From Elsinoe ampelina (Eukaryota), in the NCBI GenBank assembly GCA_010093995.1, contig ML992501.1, positions 138,560 to 202,559 on the forward strand: a stretch of DNA of 64,000 bases, given 5' to 3'. The position numbers and the translations under genes are program-made. Below the pieces are notes generated by a model. That model made no database searches and had not been told where the DNA came from. It saw only the letters and a list, made by a program, of their open reading frames with translations. Numbering within the stretch: position 1 is the stretch's first letter; each line of letters opens with the position of its first letter. This document shows positions 1 through 12,525 of the stretch, in pieces.

Positions 1-500
1 TAGCCTTCTAGGGATTAATAAGGTTCTATATCTTAGTATTTAACGCTCTTATCTTAATAATATATAGCTAGCTAGCCTATTTAGCTAATATAGTAAGAAT
101 AATAAGTATTCTAGCTATTAAGGTATTAGTATCTATAGTTAGTTATCTCCTTATTAATACCTAAATCCTATAGTTATAGTTAAGGCAGTTCTTAATAGAT
201 TCTAATACTTAAAAAGCAAGATAGTAGAGAATTAACTAATAAATAGAGTAGAAAAGCAATAAAGTAATATACTTATATAGGGGTAGTTATACTAGGCTTA
301 TAACTATTAACTTATATATAGGGAGGAAAAAGAATTAATTACTACCTAAACTACTAAAATAAGGTAGATTGTAACTACATAAATACTTAACCTAGTATAC
401 TAAAAGATAGCTAAATTAAAAGAACTCCTTAATAGTAATAGATTAAGACAATAATTATCTAATTTGATTATGGATTGGTAAAATAGTAAGATAGTGTTTA
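1..500. mobile_element. AT-rich, RIP-mutated repeat or transposon relic (family not identifiable)
   Basis: Very AT-rich, dense in TpA (tag/cta/taa/tta), nearly free of CpA/TpG, stops in all frames, and an abrupt shift to normal GC near 500. This is the classic fungal RIP signature. Confidence 0.75.
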
Positions 501-707
501 GTTCAGCCTTGGGATGAACTGAATCAGGGTCTTCTTGGCACTCTAGCTTATGCCTCGGTTGACAAATTTACATGATCACGTGAAGTCGCGTAGCACTTTG
601 TCGCGCAGACGCGGGCCCCTCAGCGTCACACACGACTCCTCCTCTGTCTTCGCCGATACGCCCACCGCCGCACTGCACTTTTCCTGCGACTACACCACAA
701 GTTCGCC

Positions 708-3030
708 ATGGCTCGGAACGGGGATCTTCGTAGCCTCTTCAAATCAATACCGACGAAAAGGCGATCACCAGAGGCTCTCGATTATTCTGACTCAGAAAGT
801 GTCCGCGACCTCGATGCGATCACTACCAGTACAGCACAGCGCGCGATTGCTCTGGCCTCAGACTCTCAAGACGTTTCTGGAACTTCGCATCTGACTTCTC
901 ACCATGAGCGAGCATCGTTAATGCAGGATTCACATGCGAGTTCCAGTCCTACCAGGACGCGGGCACTGCTGGAGATGACCTTTGAGGATTCCGATGAGGA
1001 CAACGCGCAGGCCCCTTCAAGAACGGCGCCCACTGAGCAAGTGGTCGAGATTGAGAGAGATGGTCTGCCCCCGACTGTTCGCGATCCCTCCTCATCGCTC
1101 TCGTCACCCGATCCAAGCCCGAAGCCTCCCGAGGCATTTCCTGGTCAGCGCTTAGACAACGACGGGCAAGATATGGTCACGAACTCAAGTTCCGATGCTG
1201 TGTCTTTGAGCCCTGGAGTCACTGACATGGAGGGAGAGGTTGAGGATGACGAGATCGAAGCACTCATATCAGCGAGGACGAGGGAAGTGCTGAACGAGCG
1301 ACAATCCAGAGCGTCCAACTCTGAATCCGAGGAACGGACTGGACACGATCTTCGGTATGCGAGACGACCGACCAAAAGGCAGAGAACGGGTGCAGCGTCA
1401 TACCCAACACCTCCGAAGCAGAACGGAGTGAAAGACATACAGTCTACGTTGGCACGGATACGCAAACATGAGGAGGTCGAGCAGAACATCAAGGATATGG
1501 ACGAGCAAGTCCGACAACGACAAGAGCGGAACGAAGCGATGGAGAAGATACTGGACACCGGAGGAGATGATAATGGAGAGCTGGCTGCGAACGTGGACCA
1601 GGCTCTGGATAATGATCAAGAAGGAGGGTATAGGGTCAAGAGAGCGCTCAAGGCTATGTCCGCTATGGAGCATGAAGTGCGATTCCACTTCTTCGACACC
1701 GTGTTTGAGGTGGACGAGACTAGGCAGAAGTTTCCTGGATCCATGGGAAAGGCGGACTACTGGGTGGAGTTACTGAATGGTCTGAACAAACAAGACGTGC
1801 CGATCGTTCACGCAACTGACAATGTCTCAGATGACCGCAAAAGAGAGCAAGCGGCGGAGTCTGGCTTCATCGCGGACATGTGCAGATACAAGCCTCTACC
1901 AGCCGAACTGCAGGAGTGGTTCTTGGGAGAGAGTAAGTCTTCTGCACACTATGCTATGCTACATCGTGCTAATTGCGCCAGTCATATTTGAGGAGCGGGA
2001 ACATCTGTCCCATGCTTACGTACAAATCTTGGTGGAATGTGCTCAGCATGAGACTACGTTAACAGCACTGGATCTCGTCATGCTCCGAGACTCGATGACG
2101 AGACTTGGTGCGCGGAACGACATCGTAGACGAATGCTATGTGGGCGAGGAAGATCCCAGCACTTTCGAGGCTCGACGGAAAGCGAAGATTGGTCGCCAGG
2201 GGCTCTTCAACTTCCTTGGTCTTCTTTCGCAGCTGAAAGATAAGCTCACGATGGAGACTCTCAGCGCCGCTCTCTTTTACTGCTGCCTCATCTTGGTCGA
2301 CAACGACGTTTCCCAGGTTCCGCGGCTGCTGGGGCGCACCGAGCAAACGGTTTCCGATCTCTTCACAGGTGTACCGGAATCAGACAAGCAGACCCTCGCT
2401 CACAATCTTGCCGACAATCTGCTCAACCGCCTCAATCACCCTGTACTCGTCTCTCGGCTACTCACTCGTATACCTTCTCTGAACACGACTGCAGCTTTGT
2501 TCAAACGTCAAGCCGCCTTCCTCGCCACGACATCCTGCTTTCCCAAAGCAGAACATCTCTCATCACCTGCCTGCTGGAGAGAAATTCAAAAAGCCATCCA
2601 AGCCGACAACTTCAAACCGAACGACAAAACAGACTACGCCTCCCTCGCCGCCCGCTTCGCCACCCTCGACCTCGCCATCGGTCCGGGATTCAGTTCCTTC
2701 TCCTTCCTCCCACCTCCACCTTCACGAGACCAACATCTCGATCCTCCCGCCACCACGATGGCAGAAGATACCACACCCCAAGACAAACGCCACACCTTCT
2801 TCCATAAACGCACAGCACCCGAGGAGCCATGCGAAGAGGAACAAGCGTTCAATGACATGGTGCAATGGGTGGTGAAGAGGGCGAGGAAGATCGATAACGG
2901 GATCCGGGATGCTGGGGCGGTGGCGTTGAGGAAGACGGAGTGTAAGGGGGTGATTGAGGGGATGGTGAGGCGGTTGGAGGGGCAGGTTAGGACGAGGAAG
3001 AAGAAGGAGAGGGGGATGTTTACTTTGTGA
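708..3030 (+). CDS. Conserved hypothetical protein, possibly Smc5/6-associated Nse6/SLF2 (CANIN-domain)-like
   Basis: ORFs 708..1991 and 1822..3030 join through intron 1933..1981 (GTAAGT..GCTAAT..CAG). A probable in-frame intron lies at 1780..1830 (GTCTGA..CTGAC..CAG). Disordered N-terminus, coiled coil, then helical C-terminal domain. The function call is a weak recollection. Confidence 0.6.
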
Positions 3031-3477
3031 GGGCGGAGATGGAGAGAGGATGGGAGGAACAGGTCGGGTGGATGGAGCGGGAGGGAGTGGGTGGGGGTGA
3101 GTGGGAGTGAGTGGGAGTAGGTGGGATGTGGGAAGAATTGGGAGACGGTGATGATGATATACCCCTTTTGCGAAGCTGATGAATGTACGATGGCGAATAC
3201 TATAGACGCAGCTCGTGTATAAAGTCTCATAGCACGATTGGGACCTACCAAGCGCTGAAAATAATGGATAACCAATTCTATGTGCAATTTGATGATCCTG
3301 TACCTGTCTGATACGCTGATGGTATGCATGCCCGTGCAGCTACCCTGTCCCGGCCCCATGATTAAACCACCCAACCCCAACCACACTCCCAACTGACTGC
3401 CCATTACCACCAGCAACACCCAAGCGCTATGCAAACTCCACCCCCTCCACCATCTCCTCCAACCACCCCCTCCCCTC

Positions 3478-5031
3478 TCACCGCCCAAAAACCCTCCCCT
3501 CCACCCCCCTCCACCCCCTCCTCACCCCCGCATCCACCGCACTCCCCACAACCCCCACCCCAACCGCAACCCCACAAACAACGACCCACCCAACCCACTC
3601 CCCTTGCGACCCCTCCCACCTCCCCCCTCTGAACCCCTCCAGCCCCTTCCCCGCCGCGAGGACGAAGAAATGCCCCCAGTATAACCCCTTCCCGATCGCG
3701 CCCATACCGACACCGAGTCCAGACCCAGCCAGACGGCGGAGGAGAGGGAGGCGTTCGACGGCGAAGACGAGGACGGCGGAGGCGATGCCGGGGAGGAGGA
3801 GGGATTGTTGCTCTTGGGATGGAGAGAGGACGGCGGGGATCATCAAAGGGGACCAGGAGGGGGTGGCGAGGAGGGCGTAGCTGCCCGCTAGCAGGCAGAG
3901 GAGGGAGAGGGTGCGGGGCGAGGGGAGGGGGCAGGGGGTGCGCGTCTGCAGGGGGTGGAGGAGGAGGAGCAGGATTCTTTTGGTTGTTGATGGGGGGGAG
4001 GGGGAGGGAGTAGGGGAAGCGCGGACGGTGCGGGGGGAGATGGGGGAGGAGGGACCGGCGACGACTGGTGAGGTTGGGGGCGTGGGTTTGCGGGAGCGAG
4101 GGAGGATTTGTGGTTGGGTGGTTGGGGGTGTGAGGTTGGCGAGGATGAAGCCGTAGAGGAAGAGGGCGAGGGAGGGGGCGTTCCAGAGGTGGAGGGCGGG
4201 GATGAGGGGGAGGGTGAAGAGGATGCGGTTCAGGCTGGTGCGTAGGCGGGAGGTGATGATGATGTGGATGAAGAGGGCAAGGGAGCCGCGGAGTTGAAGG
4301 GGGAGGATCCAGAAGAGGTCGCCGTAGTGAGTGCTGGAGGTGGAGGGGGACTGCCATTCGATGGGGGATGTAGGGTTGCTGATGGTCAGGGAGTTACGGA
4401 GCCAGTCGAGGTATTGGAGTGCTAGATTGGGTTGTTGTTGAGCGAGAGAAGTGTGGTTACTTGCCGGGACTATTTGGAGGTAGATGAGTGGTACTGAGAG
4501 GAAGGTGACGAGGAAGAAGGGAAGGTAGAGTCGGAACCATCGTCGCAGTAATGATGAAGAGAGCCGGATGTAGTAGTCTGAGGAAGCTCTGTGTGCGAGC
4601 AGCTGGTAGGACAGCACATATCCGGAGATGACAAGAAAGAGCGCAATGGAGGATTCGACGCTTGGAAGCAACGAGATGGTGGCCTCGACGATGGGACTTT
4701 CTTGAGTTTCTGTTGTGAAGATTGATCGAAAGGCGCAGAATGCCGCAAACCCTCGAAGGCCTTCAATATGGCGGAGGAGAGGTGCATCGTCCTGTGTGGT
4801 TGAGCTGGCTCGGGATCGTGACTTGGTGACTTTGACTATGGATCTGACCCATGACAAGGCACTCTTTGCGCGGGTCCATCGTGTCGTTCGTGGTGAGAGA
4901 TCCAGTTCAGATGGAAACTCAATGTCCGATTCTTCATCGCTTGCATAGTCGAGACTTTGGCGCTTTGAGAGTGGAATGGCTTCTTCTGACTTGCCAGCAA
5001 GCGTGCTATCTTTCTGCATGAATGAAGCCAT
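3478..5031 (-). CDS. Acyltransferase family 3 (OafA-like) membrane protein, divergent
   Basis: Motifs IEGLRGFAA, LFLVISGYVLS, LLRRWFRLYLP and WILPLQLRGS; several transmembrane segments; single exon. Confidence 0.8.
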   Translation of the reverse strand: MASFMQKDSTLAGKSEEAIPLSKRQSLDYASDEESDIEFPSELDLSPRTTRWTRAKSALSWVRSIVKVTKSRSRASSTTQDDAPLLRHIEGLRGFAAFCAFRSIFTTETQESPIVEATISLLPSVESSIALFLVISGYVLSYQLLAHRASSDYYIRLSSSLLRRWFRLYLPFFLVTFLSVPLIYLQIVPASNHTSLAQQQPNLALQYLDWLRNSLTISNPTSPIEWQSPSTSSTHYGDLFWILPLQLRGSLALFIHIIITSRLRTSLNRILFTLPLIPALHLWNAPSLALFLYGFILANLTPPTTQPQILPRSRKPTPPTSPVVAGPSSPISPRTVRASPTPSPSPPSTTKRILLLLLHPLQTRTPCPLPSPRTLSLLCLLAGSYALLATPSWSPLMIPAVLSPSQEQQSLLLPGIASAVLVFAVERLPLLRRLAGSGLGVGMGAIGKGLYWGHFFVLAAGKGLEGFRGGRWEGSQGEWVGWVVVCGVAVGVGVVGSAVDAGVRRGWRGVEGRVFGR

Positions 5032-5508
5032 GTCTATCGATCACGAAATACGTCGTGATTTCAGAAACAAGAAACAACTTGATCAACAAGGAAGACATGC
5101 TACCTTTCTAGCGCGGCGACATTGGCAATGTGAAATGAAAGTCTCCTTCCCCTAGGCTTTGTTTGTAACGGGCGTGCAGAAGACTGCCGCGTGTGAGGGC
5201 GACGACACGGCCAAGCATTATGGACGTTGGAGATTCCGCGTCATTACCGGTGTTCATCTCAAGAGCGGGAAGATGATGTTCTGTGGGTTTTGCGATAGAG
5301 TTGTTCGTGGAGGAGTGACGGTTGTGATGGAGAGATTCAGTGTCGACAAATCTCCGGCCCCGTCGGCGAAGCATATCAATCTCGAATTGCAGGTGAACAT
5401 GTTTCCTCGGTCTGACATGTCCCACAAAGAACCTACAGTGTTTGCGAACGCGAGTGGTACGATAGTCAAGTGTCAAGATATGTACAATTATAAAAGGCTA
5501 CACAACGC

Positions 5509-6774
5509 CTACAAATCCTTCCAGCTACCCTGCACGGGTCTTCTCCCTACAGATCCTGAATCTGTGTTCTGCCCATAGTGATTACCCTGCCCCATACCTT
5601 GCGACGGCAAAGCATCTGTTGACTGGTAAGTGTTCTGACCTGGGTACGCCGCATATGCCGGGGACTGCGTTGGTTGGGGAGGGCTGTAGCTGCTGTACCC
5701 TTGTTGCGGCGACCTCGCTGGCGCGGGAGCTTGAGTGTACTGCGAGTACGGGTCATGTGCAGGTGGGTTATGGGATTGCTCGTATCCATATGGGCTGGTC
5801 CCTTGATCGTATGTCGGGCTGTGATTCTGCGGCTGGCGTTGACCGTACGGACTCGTGTTGCCGGTGTGACCGTAGCCACCATTACTGTAGGCATCTCTCT
5901 GAGCGTATGGCGAGTCCTGCTGTTGCCGGAGACCTTGCCCCTGATTTCCGAATCCTGATCCAACCCCAGAGCCGTACGAGTTCTGACGCCCATATCCATA
6001 CGCACCAGCTGCTGCTGCACCAGCGCCTGCACCAACCGCGGCAGTTGTGCCTACACCTGGCCCATCTGCATGCGCGCTGTCCCTACCCCTGTAGTCGTCA
6101 CTCTCGAACTTTGGCAAAGATCCCTCACTGTTCAATCTGCCCATTTCCACGTCGCCCGGGCGCTGAGGACTCGACTCTTCCAAGACTCTTGTGCTCCTAG
6201 CCTCTCCCCAGCTTGGCATGGCTGGCAGTGCATCTCCGTTGGTCTTACTCGGTTCTTCGAATGTCGCAGTCGCGTATTTAGGTGGTGGCTGGCTCCTGTA
6301 CTGTCCCTGACCCGCATATCCCACCCCACCACTGTATCCTCCGGCGTTCGAGTTCGAGGGGCCTCTTGCATGGTGAGTGAATCCGCTCTCGAATTGTGCC
6401 GGGTTCACATAACCACTCTTCTGTGTGCCGTACGGATTACCATGCGCGAGAGGCGAGACATACTGGTCTCTCGGTGGTCGTGAGGAGGAGGAGCCGGACC
6501 CGCGACAACAGCCGCAGCATAGACATTTTGTGATCGAGGCGCAGCAAAAGCAGCACTGAGCGCCACAGCAGAGGATTTGCACGATGCAGTAGAGGACGGA
6601 GAGGACCATTAGTGAGCCGATTACGATGCCGACTATGACTGGCCATCTAGGGGATATTAGTCGTCGTCTTGAACACGGATTTGATATTGCATACTTGCAG
6701 TAGGCTCGGGCCATGCAGGAGTTCCACCCTGACTGAAAGGTCATGCCTTGCAGGGGATTAGGTATGCCGGACAT
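5509..6774 (-). CDS. Single-pass membrane protein with Cys-rich juxtamembrane segment and Gly/Gln/Tyr-rich tail (fungal fibroin-3-related type)
   Basis: WNSCMARAYCK joins WPVIVGIVIG after in-frame intron 6694..6647 (GTATGC..CTAAT..TAG). A TM helix is followed by CCGAQCCFCC and a low-complexity tail. Confidence 0.75.
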   Translation of the reverse strand: MSGIPNPLQGMTFQSGWNSCMARAYCKYAISNPCSRRRLISPRWPVIVGIVIGSLMVLSVLYCIVQILCCGAQCCFCCASITKCLCCGCCRGSGSSSSRPPRDQYVSPLAHGNPYGTQKSGYVNPAQFESGFTHHARGPSNSNAGGYSGGVGYAGQGQYRSQPPPKYATATFEEPSKTNGDALPAMPSWGEARSTRVLEESSPQRPGDVEMGRLNSEGSLPKFESDDYRGRDSAHADGPGVGTTAAVGAGAGAAAAGAYGYGRQNSYGSGVGSGFGNQGQGLRQQQDSPYAQRDAYSNGGYGHTGNTSPYGQRQPQNHSPTYDQGTSPYGYEQSHNPPAHDPYSQYTQAPAPARSPQQGYSSYSPPQPTQSPAYAAYPGQNTYQSTDALPSQGMGQGNHYGQNTDSGSVGRRPVQGSWKDL

Positions 6775-7387
6775 GGTGTATGGCTGTGAGATTATAGAAT
6801 GGTATCGAGAATATTAGATGGTGCCAAAAATGTCGGGTATCGAGAGAAAGGCAATTCGTCCAGCGTTGAAAAGTAATGTGAGTATATGAAGTAGTATCAG
6901 ATATCGAGTCGTCAGTGCAATCGCGTTGCCCGTGTAGTGCAACAAATGTCGACTATTAAGAGAATGTGTGACGTCGCGATCGAGGAACGAATGTAGTCGG
7001 GGACTCCGATCAAGATGTGCGCAAACAGGGAAGAGGGACAAGGTCGAAAAGAGAGAAGGAGATCTACGACATGGTGAAACGCGCCATCGGAATGCCCAGG
7101 TTTTTGTTCGCCCAGGGCTTTGGCTGCCGTGACCGAGATGAAGAGGAGGCTGTTCTGCCGTTGAAATTGCGGGGATCTCTCAAGGGCAAAACCCTGTGGC
7201 GCAGGGGGCAAGAGGCTGGATCAGATATAACGGTTTGGTAGTTATCCTCGTGTAGGTGTCAGCAACGTAAAGTACCCTCAAATGGACAGTCTGCATCAGG
7301 CTTCGATTGATCCTAGTTGAAAACGACACGTGAAGCAGGCTCTGTCCTGTACATTTCGTGTATTCATAACATCATCTACCTGTACAA

Positions 7388-9433
7388 CTATACATCCAGG
7401 TCCAAGCCCTCCAGTAGCTTGTCCAATTTTCCAAGCAAGATCTGGTAGTTCAACGCATCCTGCGCAAACTCGTCGCCGGCGACTTCTCCGTCCAGTGTCC
7501 TGATGACAGGTCCACTGGCGAATGCTTCCGCCTCACCATGCGGTGGAGTGAAGCCCGAATGCATATCGACGCCTTCATCGTCATGCAACGCCTTCTGCTC
7601 TCCTTGCGAATCGTCTGGAACGTGGTCCTCGTCCATCCATTCTGCAGCAGTGTCTTCCATGCGCAGCCTATATCGATCTGATAGATAATAGCGAATGCTG
7701 GGGAATTCGTTAGCAAGTTCTCCAGCGTAGTGCATGATGACACCTACTCATCAACCAGCTCCACTGTATCCGTCTCTTGCCGGCCCTGAATACGTGCCGC
7801 CGACTCCTTCACAATCTGAGCAAACTCCGGGTCATCAATGAACCGCTCCAGTCTGTATGCGATATAACGAGCGCCAAATTCTTCCAGTCTATGCACTCTT
7901 GTATCCCAACCAGCACGTATTACGTCATATATATCGACTACATCCTCGATGTCAGTCTCACCTCTTGGGTTCTCGGAATCGACAATCGACGTATCGCCAT
8001 TGCCTAAAGTCGAGATAATCATGGCAGCTCGCTGTTTGAGCTTCTCGATGAACAGTAGATCCGCAGCAAACAGCACGTCTACCGCAACGTCCAGCCCAAA
8101 ATCGGCCTGCTCCGTGTACAAGAATGTCAGGACAATCTCTAGGACCTGAGGCGAGCAGTCGATAGGAATAATCTGGAGATGTGGTAGTACCTGTGCTTCC
8201 CGGAAACCAGAAGCAAACATTGCGCTGAAGAATTCCGACCGCAAAAGCATGGCCCGGTGTGCTGGGAATAAAACAGACCTCTGCGGTCTGCGTATGCGAG
8301 AGGTCGACCTGGATCGATGAGAGAAATTGCCGACTGGAATGCTGTTGAGGGGTCCTTCCGTGTTCCGCACTTGGTGACTTTCTTCTGGTCTTTGGTCTTC
8401 GGCATCGTCTTGTGCCACATCTGCTCGCAACAAAACATCCGCGAAGATGGAATTGTCCCTGTCCCACTTTACCTCGTCCGCCTTACTTGCTTCGACATGC
8501 ACTTGATATTTGAGAACATGGTCTGTGAACCAGGTCGCCAATTGATCTCGAGCACGCTGTGTCTCTTCCGTCCGACGTTGCCGTGCTCTTCTGCGATCAC
8601 CTCGCTCAACAATACTCTCGAAAAGCCGCTCAATCTCCAACTGCTTGCTGAGCTTGTCAATGCCAGTGAGGATTACCTGCTCTTCTTGGTCGTCACCGAG
8701 GTCGCCAGGTGCTTCAGCCATGTACAGATACCGCACAGCAATCTCGAAAGACTGTGTGGGTATCGACTGTGACAGCTTCCATGTCGTAGTCTCAGGGGCT
8801 GCCTTGAGCTTCTTGGCAAAGTATGGCGACCTTGCCGAAAGTATGAACTTGTGGAGGTTCAAGGATGCATCGTATGTATTAAGTGTAATATCCGACGTCT
8901 TGGGCTCTTCTCTCGATAATAGGGAGGTAATGTGGGCGGCAAGTGGCTGTACAGCGTCGGTAGATTTCGAGTAGTCGTAGGACAGAAGGAGATTGCGTAT
9001 CTTATCATTCAAGGCGTTGTACAGACACCTCTCACCCTGAAAAGTGTCTCGCTCGCAAAGGGCACCGGACTCGAGTAGGTGCTGAACGACTTCATAGTGA
9101 CCGCACAGACTTGCCTGGTAGCATTCTTCAGTATCAGTCCACGGTCTTATTGAACGATGATAGAGGGTGCAGGTCTCTACTATCGATAGTCGGGAGGCAG
9201 TGGGTGCTTACTAAAATCAGTGGCGTATAATCATAACGATCCCGCGCATTGATGTTCACCCCGCGAGCAATTTGTTCCTGGCAGACTTTGAGATCCCCCC
9301 TTCGACAAGCCTCACATAGCAGCCGGAAATCATCGCTCGTGTCCAGTGGATTATCCTCTTTCAGTCTCCCAGCGGCTACCTCTTTGTGTTCGTCATGGAG
9401 GGCGGCTTCGAGTTGAAATTTATTAAGCACCAT
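7388..9433 (-). CDS. btb3: Ankyrin repeat and BTB/POZ domain protein (Cul3 adaptor, ABTB1/Btb3-like)
   Basis: Ankyrin repeats (NINARDRYDYTPLIL|ASLCGHYEVVQHLLESGA) and two BTB domains (HKFILSARSPYF, HRAMLLRSEFF). Introns 9211..9115 and 7747..7698. Confidence 0.88.
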
Positions 9434-9875
9434 CCGTTCGGTGGGAGGAGACGGCGCGTCCGACGGGTTGCTCGGGTGGCTGACGGTATTCGCGGGCAGA
9501 TACAAAGCCTCGTGGTGGCTGCTATGGAGAAGAGAAGATAGAGTCGCAACCGTCGACAACGCGATCAACGGCGACTCGAGGACGGGTGGAGTGTAGGAGT
9601 TTTGGCCGAAGCTTGACCAGTCGACGTCACGGCGCACAGACGCCCAAAAAGAGCCAGACCCTGCCAAGCACTGCCCGTCGTCTGGTTAACATGTATTCCT
9701 TTGCAAACAATGGCTCGTCAATGTCATTCCTCCATCAGCCTCATTTTCGGCATTCGTTCTCTCGACAAAACGCGAGTCTTTCCTTCGACTTCTTCCAGGA
9801 TCCCTATCGCTCATCGACTATAGCATGATCGGTGTATGAATAGCTTCATCTCTCCCATTTGCTTGTTAACCCAGC

Positions 9876-12286
9876 ATGGCTACCACCGAGGCGGACAAGT
9901 ATGAAGTGCTGGAGCGCATTGGTAATCTCCACCCTATCCGTCATGCAGGTACCGGACATTGGCGGGCATGTATGCTGACTATCCTCGCAGGTCAAGGATC
10001 TTTTGGAGTCATCAGGAAGGTCAGACGGAAGCAAGATGGACTCGTAGGTGTATTACTGCTCTTCGTGGAGACATGGGCTCACCGCCGCTCTAGGTCATGT
10101 GCCGAAAGGAAATATGCTACACAAAAATGTCCGACAAGGAACGACATCAACTCCAGGCCGAGTTGAATATTCTACGACAACTCGATCATCCCAATATCGT
10201 CCACTATCACGAAAAAGAACATCACAAGGAATCACACGACCTCCATCTCTACATGGAGTACTGCGGCAACGGTGATCTTGGCATCATGATTAAAGATCTC
10301 AAGGCTCGACACGCATTTGCTGATGAAGAATTGGTCTGGACCATCTTTGCTCAGCTTGTATCTGCACTCTACAGATGTCACTATGGGGAAGATCCACCAA
10401 GTGCAGACTCTACCGCTGTCGGGCTCGTCAAGAACGCCCACCCAATCAAGAGCAAGCTGGCTTGCGATCGAATGATCTTACATCGGGATCTCAAGCCCGA
10501 GAATGGTATGGATCTCGTGTCTAGATTACATTCTGGTTACTAACGACCGCCAGTTTTCCTAGGCGATGGCAATGCTGTCAAGCTCGGCGATTTTGGTCTT
10601 TCCAAGATCATCTCGTCGCACGACTTTGCATCTACCTATGTAGGTACGCCCTTCTACATGTCGCCAGAGATCTGCGCCGCAGAACGATATTCCTTATACT
10701 CGGACATCTGGTCTCTTGGATGTGTCATCTACGAACTATGTGCTCGGGAACCACCATTCAATGCAAAGACTCACTTTGACTTGATCCAAAAGATCAAGAT
10801 TGGAAAGGTCGCGCCATTACCTAGAACGTACTCGCGGGAGCTCTCAGAAGTCATCACAGCCTGTCTGCAGGTCAACCCAAATTCACGGCCAGATACTGCC
10901 GCTCTGCTCAATCTCCCTCGCGTCAAGCTGATTCGGAAATCGCAACAATCTGCGCTCGTCCTACAATCACATATCCTGGCCAAGGATCAAGCTGTAGAAG
11001 AACTGCGGATAGCAAAAGACCTGATCAGCCGTCTCGAGACAGAGCGACAGACAGCTTACGACGAAATGAACAAGAAGTTGCACATGGAATGGGAGACTCG
11101 TGCGCATCTCGAGATCCAACGGCAGGTCGACATACAAGAGCAGGCGATGCGACTGGAGATGTCGAAACAAATCACGGCTGGAATTGCAGAGGGCATTGCA
11201 GCACACCTCATGTCCCAAACTTCCTCACAAGCGACCTCGGCCACCTCATTCTCCTCCTCACAATCATCGACAATCGATGCGCCCACCTTTGCACGATCTT
11301 CAACCCCTACATCTCTTCTACCTAAGCAACCATCTCGATCCTCCCTCCCTACACTCTCCGAAACCTCACCTGCCCGCGCTCCGGCGGATCTCTCAACACT
11401 TTCATTGGAGGATAGTCCCCTCTCAAAACCCAAGCCAGCGAAGCGCTCCTCCAGAACCCCGTTCACTCGAGCTCGCACCATCGCCAACGCAGAAGAAATC
11501 CTCCCTTCTCCAATGGACATTCACATGGCTTCTCCTTCACCGGTACGCGCCATCCAAGGCCTGTCCCTCTCCCCTCGCCGCACCGCCCTTCCCGACTCAC
11601 AACTCCGTCAACCCGCCATCCGCGGCAATATCTTTTCTACCCGCCCACACCCACTATTCCATGTCGATGCCCGTGATCGAGACGTAGAAGACTTCTCCGA
11701 TGACGAAGATGCCGCATCGGAGACGGACAGCCCTACACGTCCCAAGGCCCCTGTCTTTGAGAAGCCCGCCCGGCCACTCTCCTCCGCTGGCCTCGCTCCT
11801 CGTCCAGGCGTACTCCGCCAAAAGACAACACCCGCCCCGTTCGGCCACCAACGCGGTAAGAGCGCCAACGTCTTCGCCCTTGCCGGCCAGACACAACCCC
11901 AGCCTCGTACGGAGTCCGCACCAGTAATCTCCCTCGCCCGCCCCGCCAGCCCGCGAGACGTAGAGAACATCCGCCCCAGCTCCTCCCCTGGCCGCAAGAC
12001 AGAACTCCCACCCCCCCGCACTAGCCCCGTGCGACGAGCCCCCGCCATTCCCGTGCAAGGCAGCCCGACTGCCCGTAAAGTCATGGCACGAACGGGCGAA
12101 GAAGGAGGATTGGAGAAGATGATTGCAGGGAGAAAAGTGCAGGGACGCACATTGGTGGAGTTGTCAAGAGATCAGGTCGGGGAGGTGGCGAATCGGATGC
12201 TCGAGCCGGCGTGTTGGGATCCGGAGAGGGATGAAATGCCGAGTCCGTTTTTGGTGAGGGGGAGGAGGGTCGTTGCTGGTCGGTGA
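9876..12286 (+). CDS. nimA: G2-specific NIMA/NEK2 family Ser/Thr kinase
   Basis: EADKYEVLERIG|QGSFG, HRDLKPEN, KLGDFGLSK, YVGTPFYMSPE, a coiled coil and the C-terminal WDPERDEMPSPFL. Introns 9922..9990, 10044..10093 and 10506..10553. Confidence 0.95.
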
Positions 12287-12525
12287 ATTCAAACACAGTG
12301 ATAGCGAGATGACTCAGCAAGGCCGAGGGGAAGGAGGGCCGGCAGAAAGGACCAGGGAACAGGATGGTGAACTTTGGTGCAAAGGCGTACGGTGCATGGC
12401 ACGGTCATTAGACATTGTGAATACACTGGTTGGGCATTGGAGTCGACGGAAAAGAACGAGGCTTGGGTACACCAGGCTTGTAATGAATCGTACAAACTTC
12501 ATTCATACCCTGCTCCCCTCCAATC

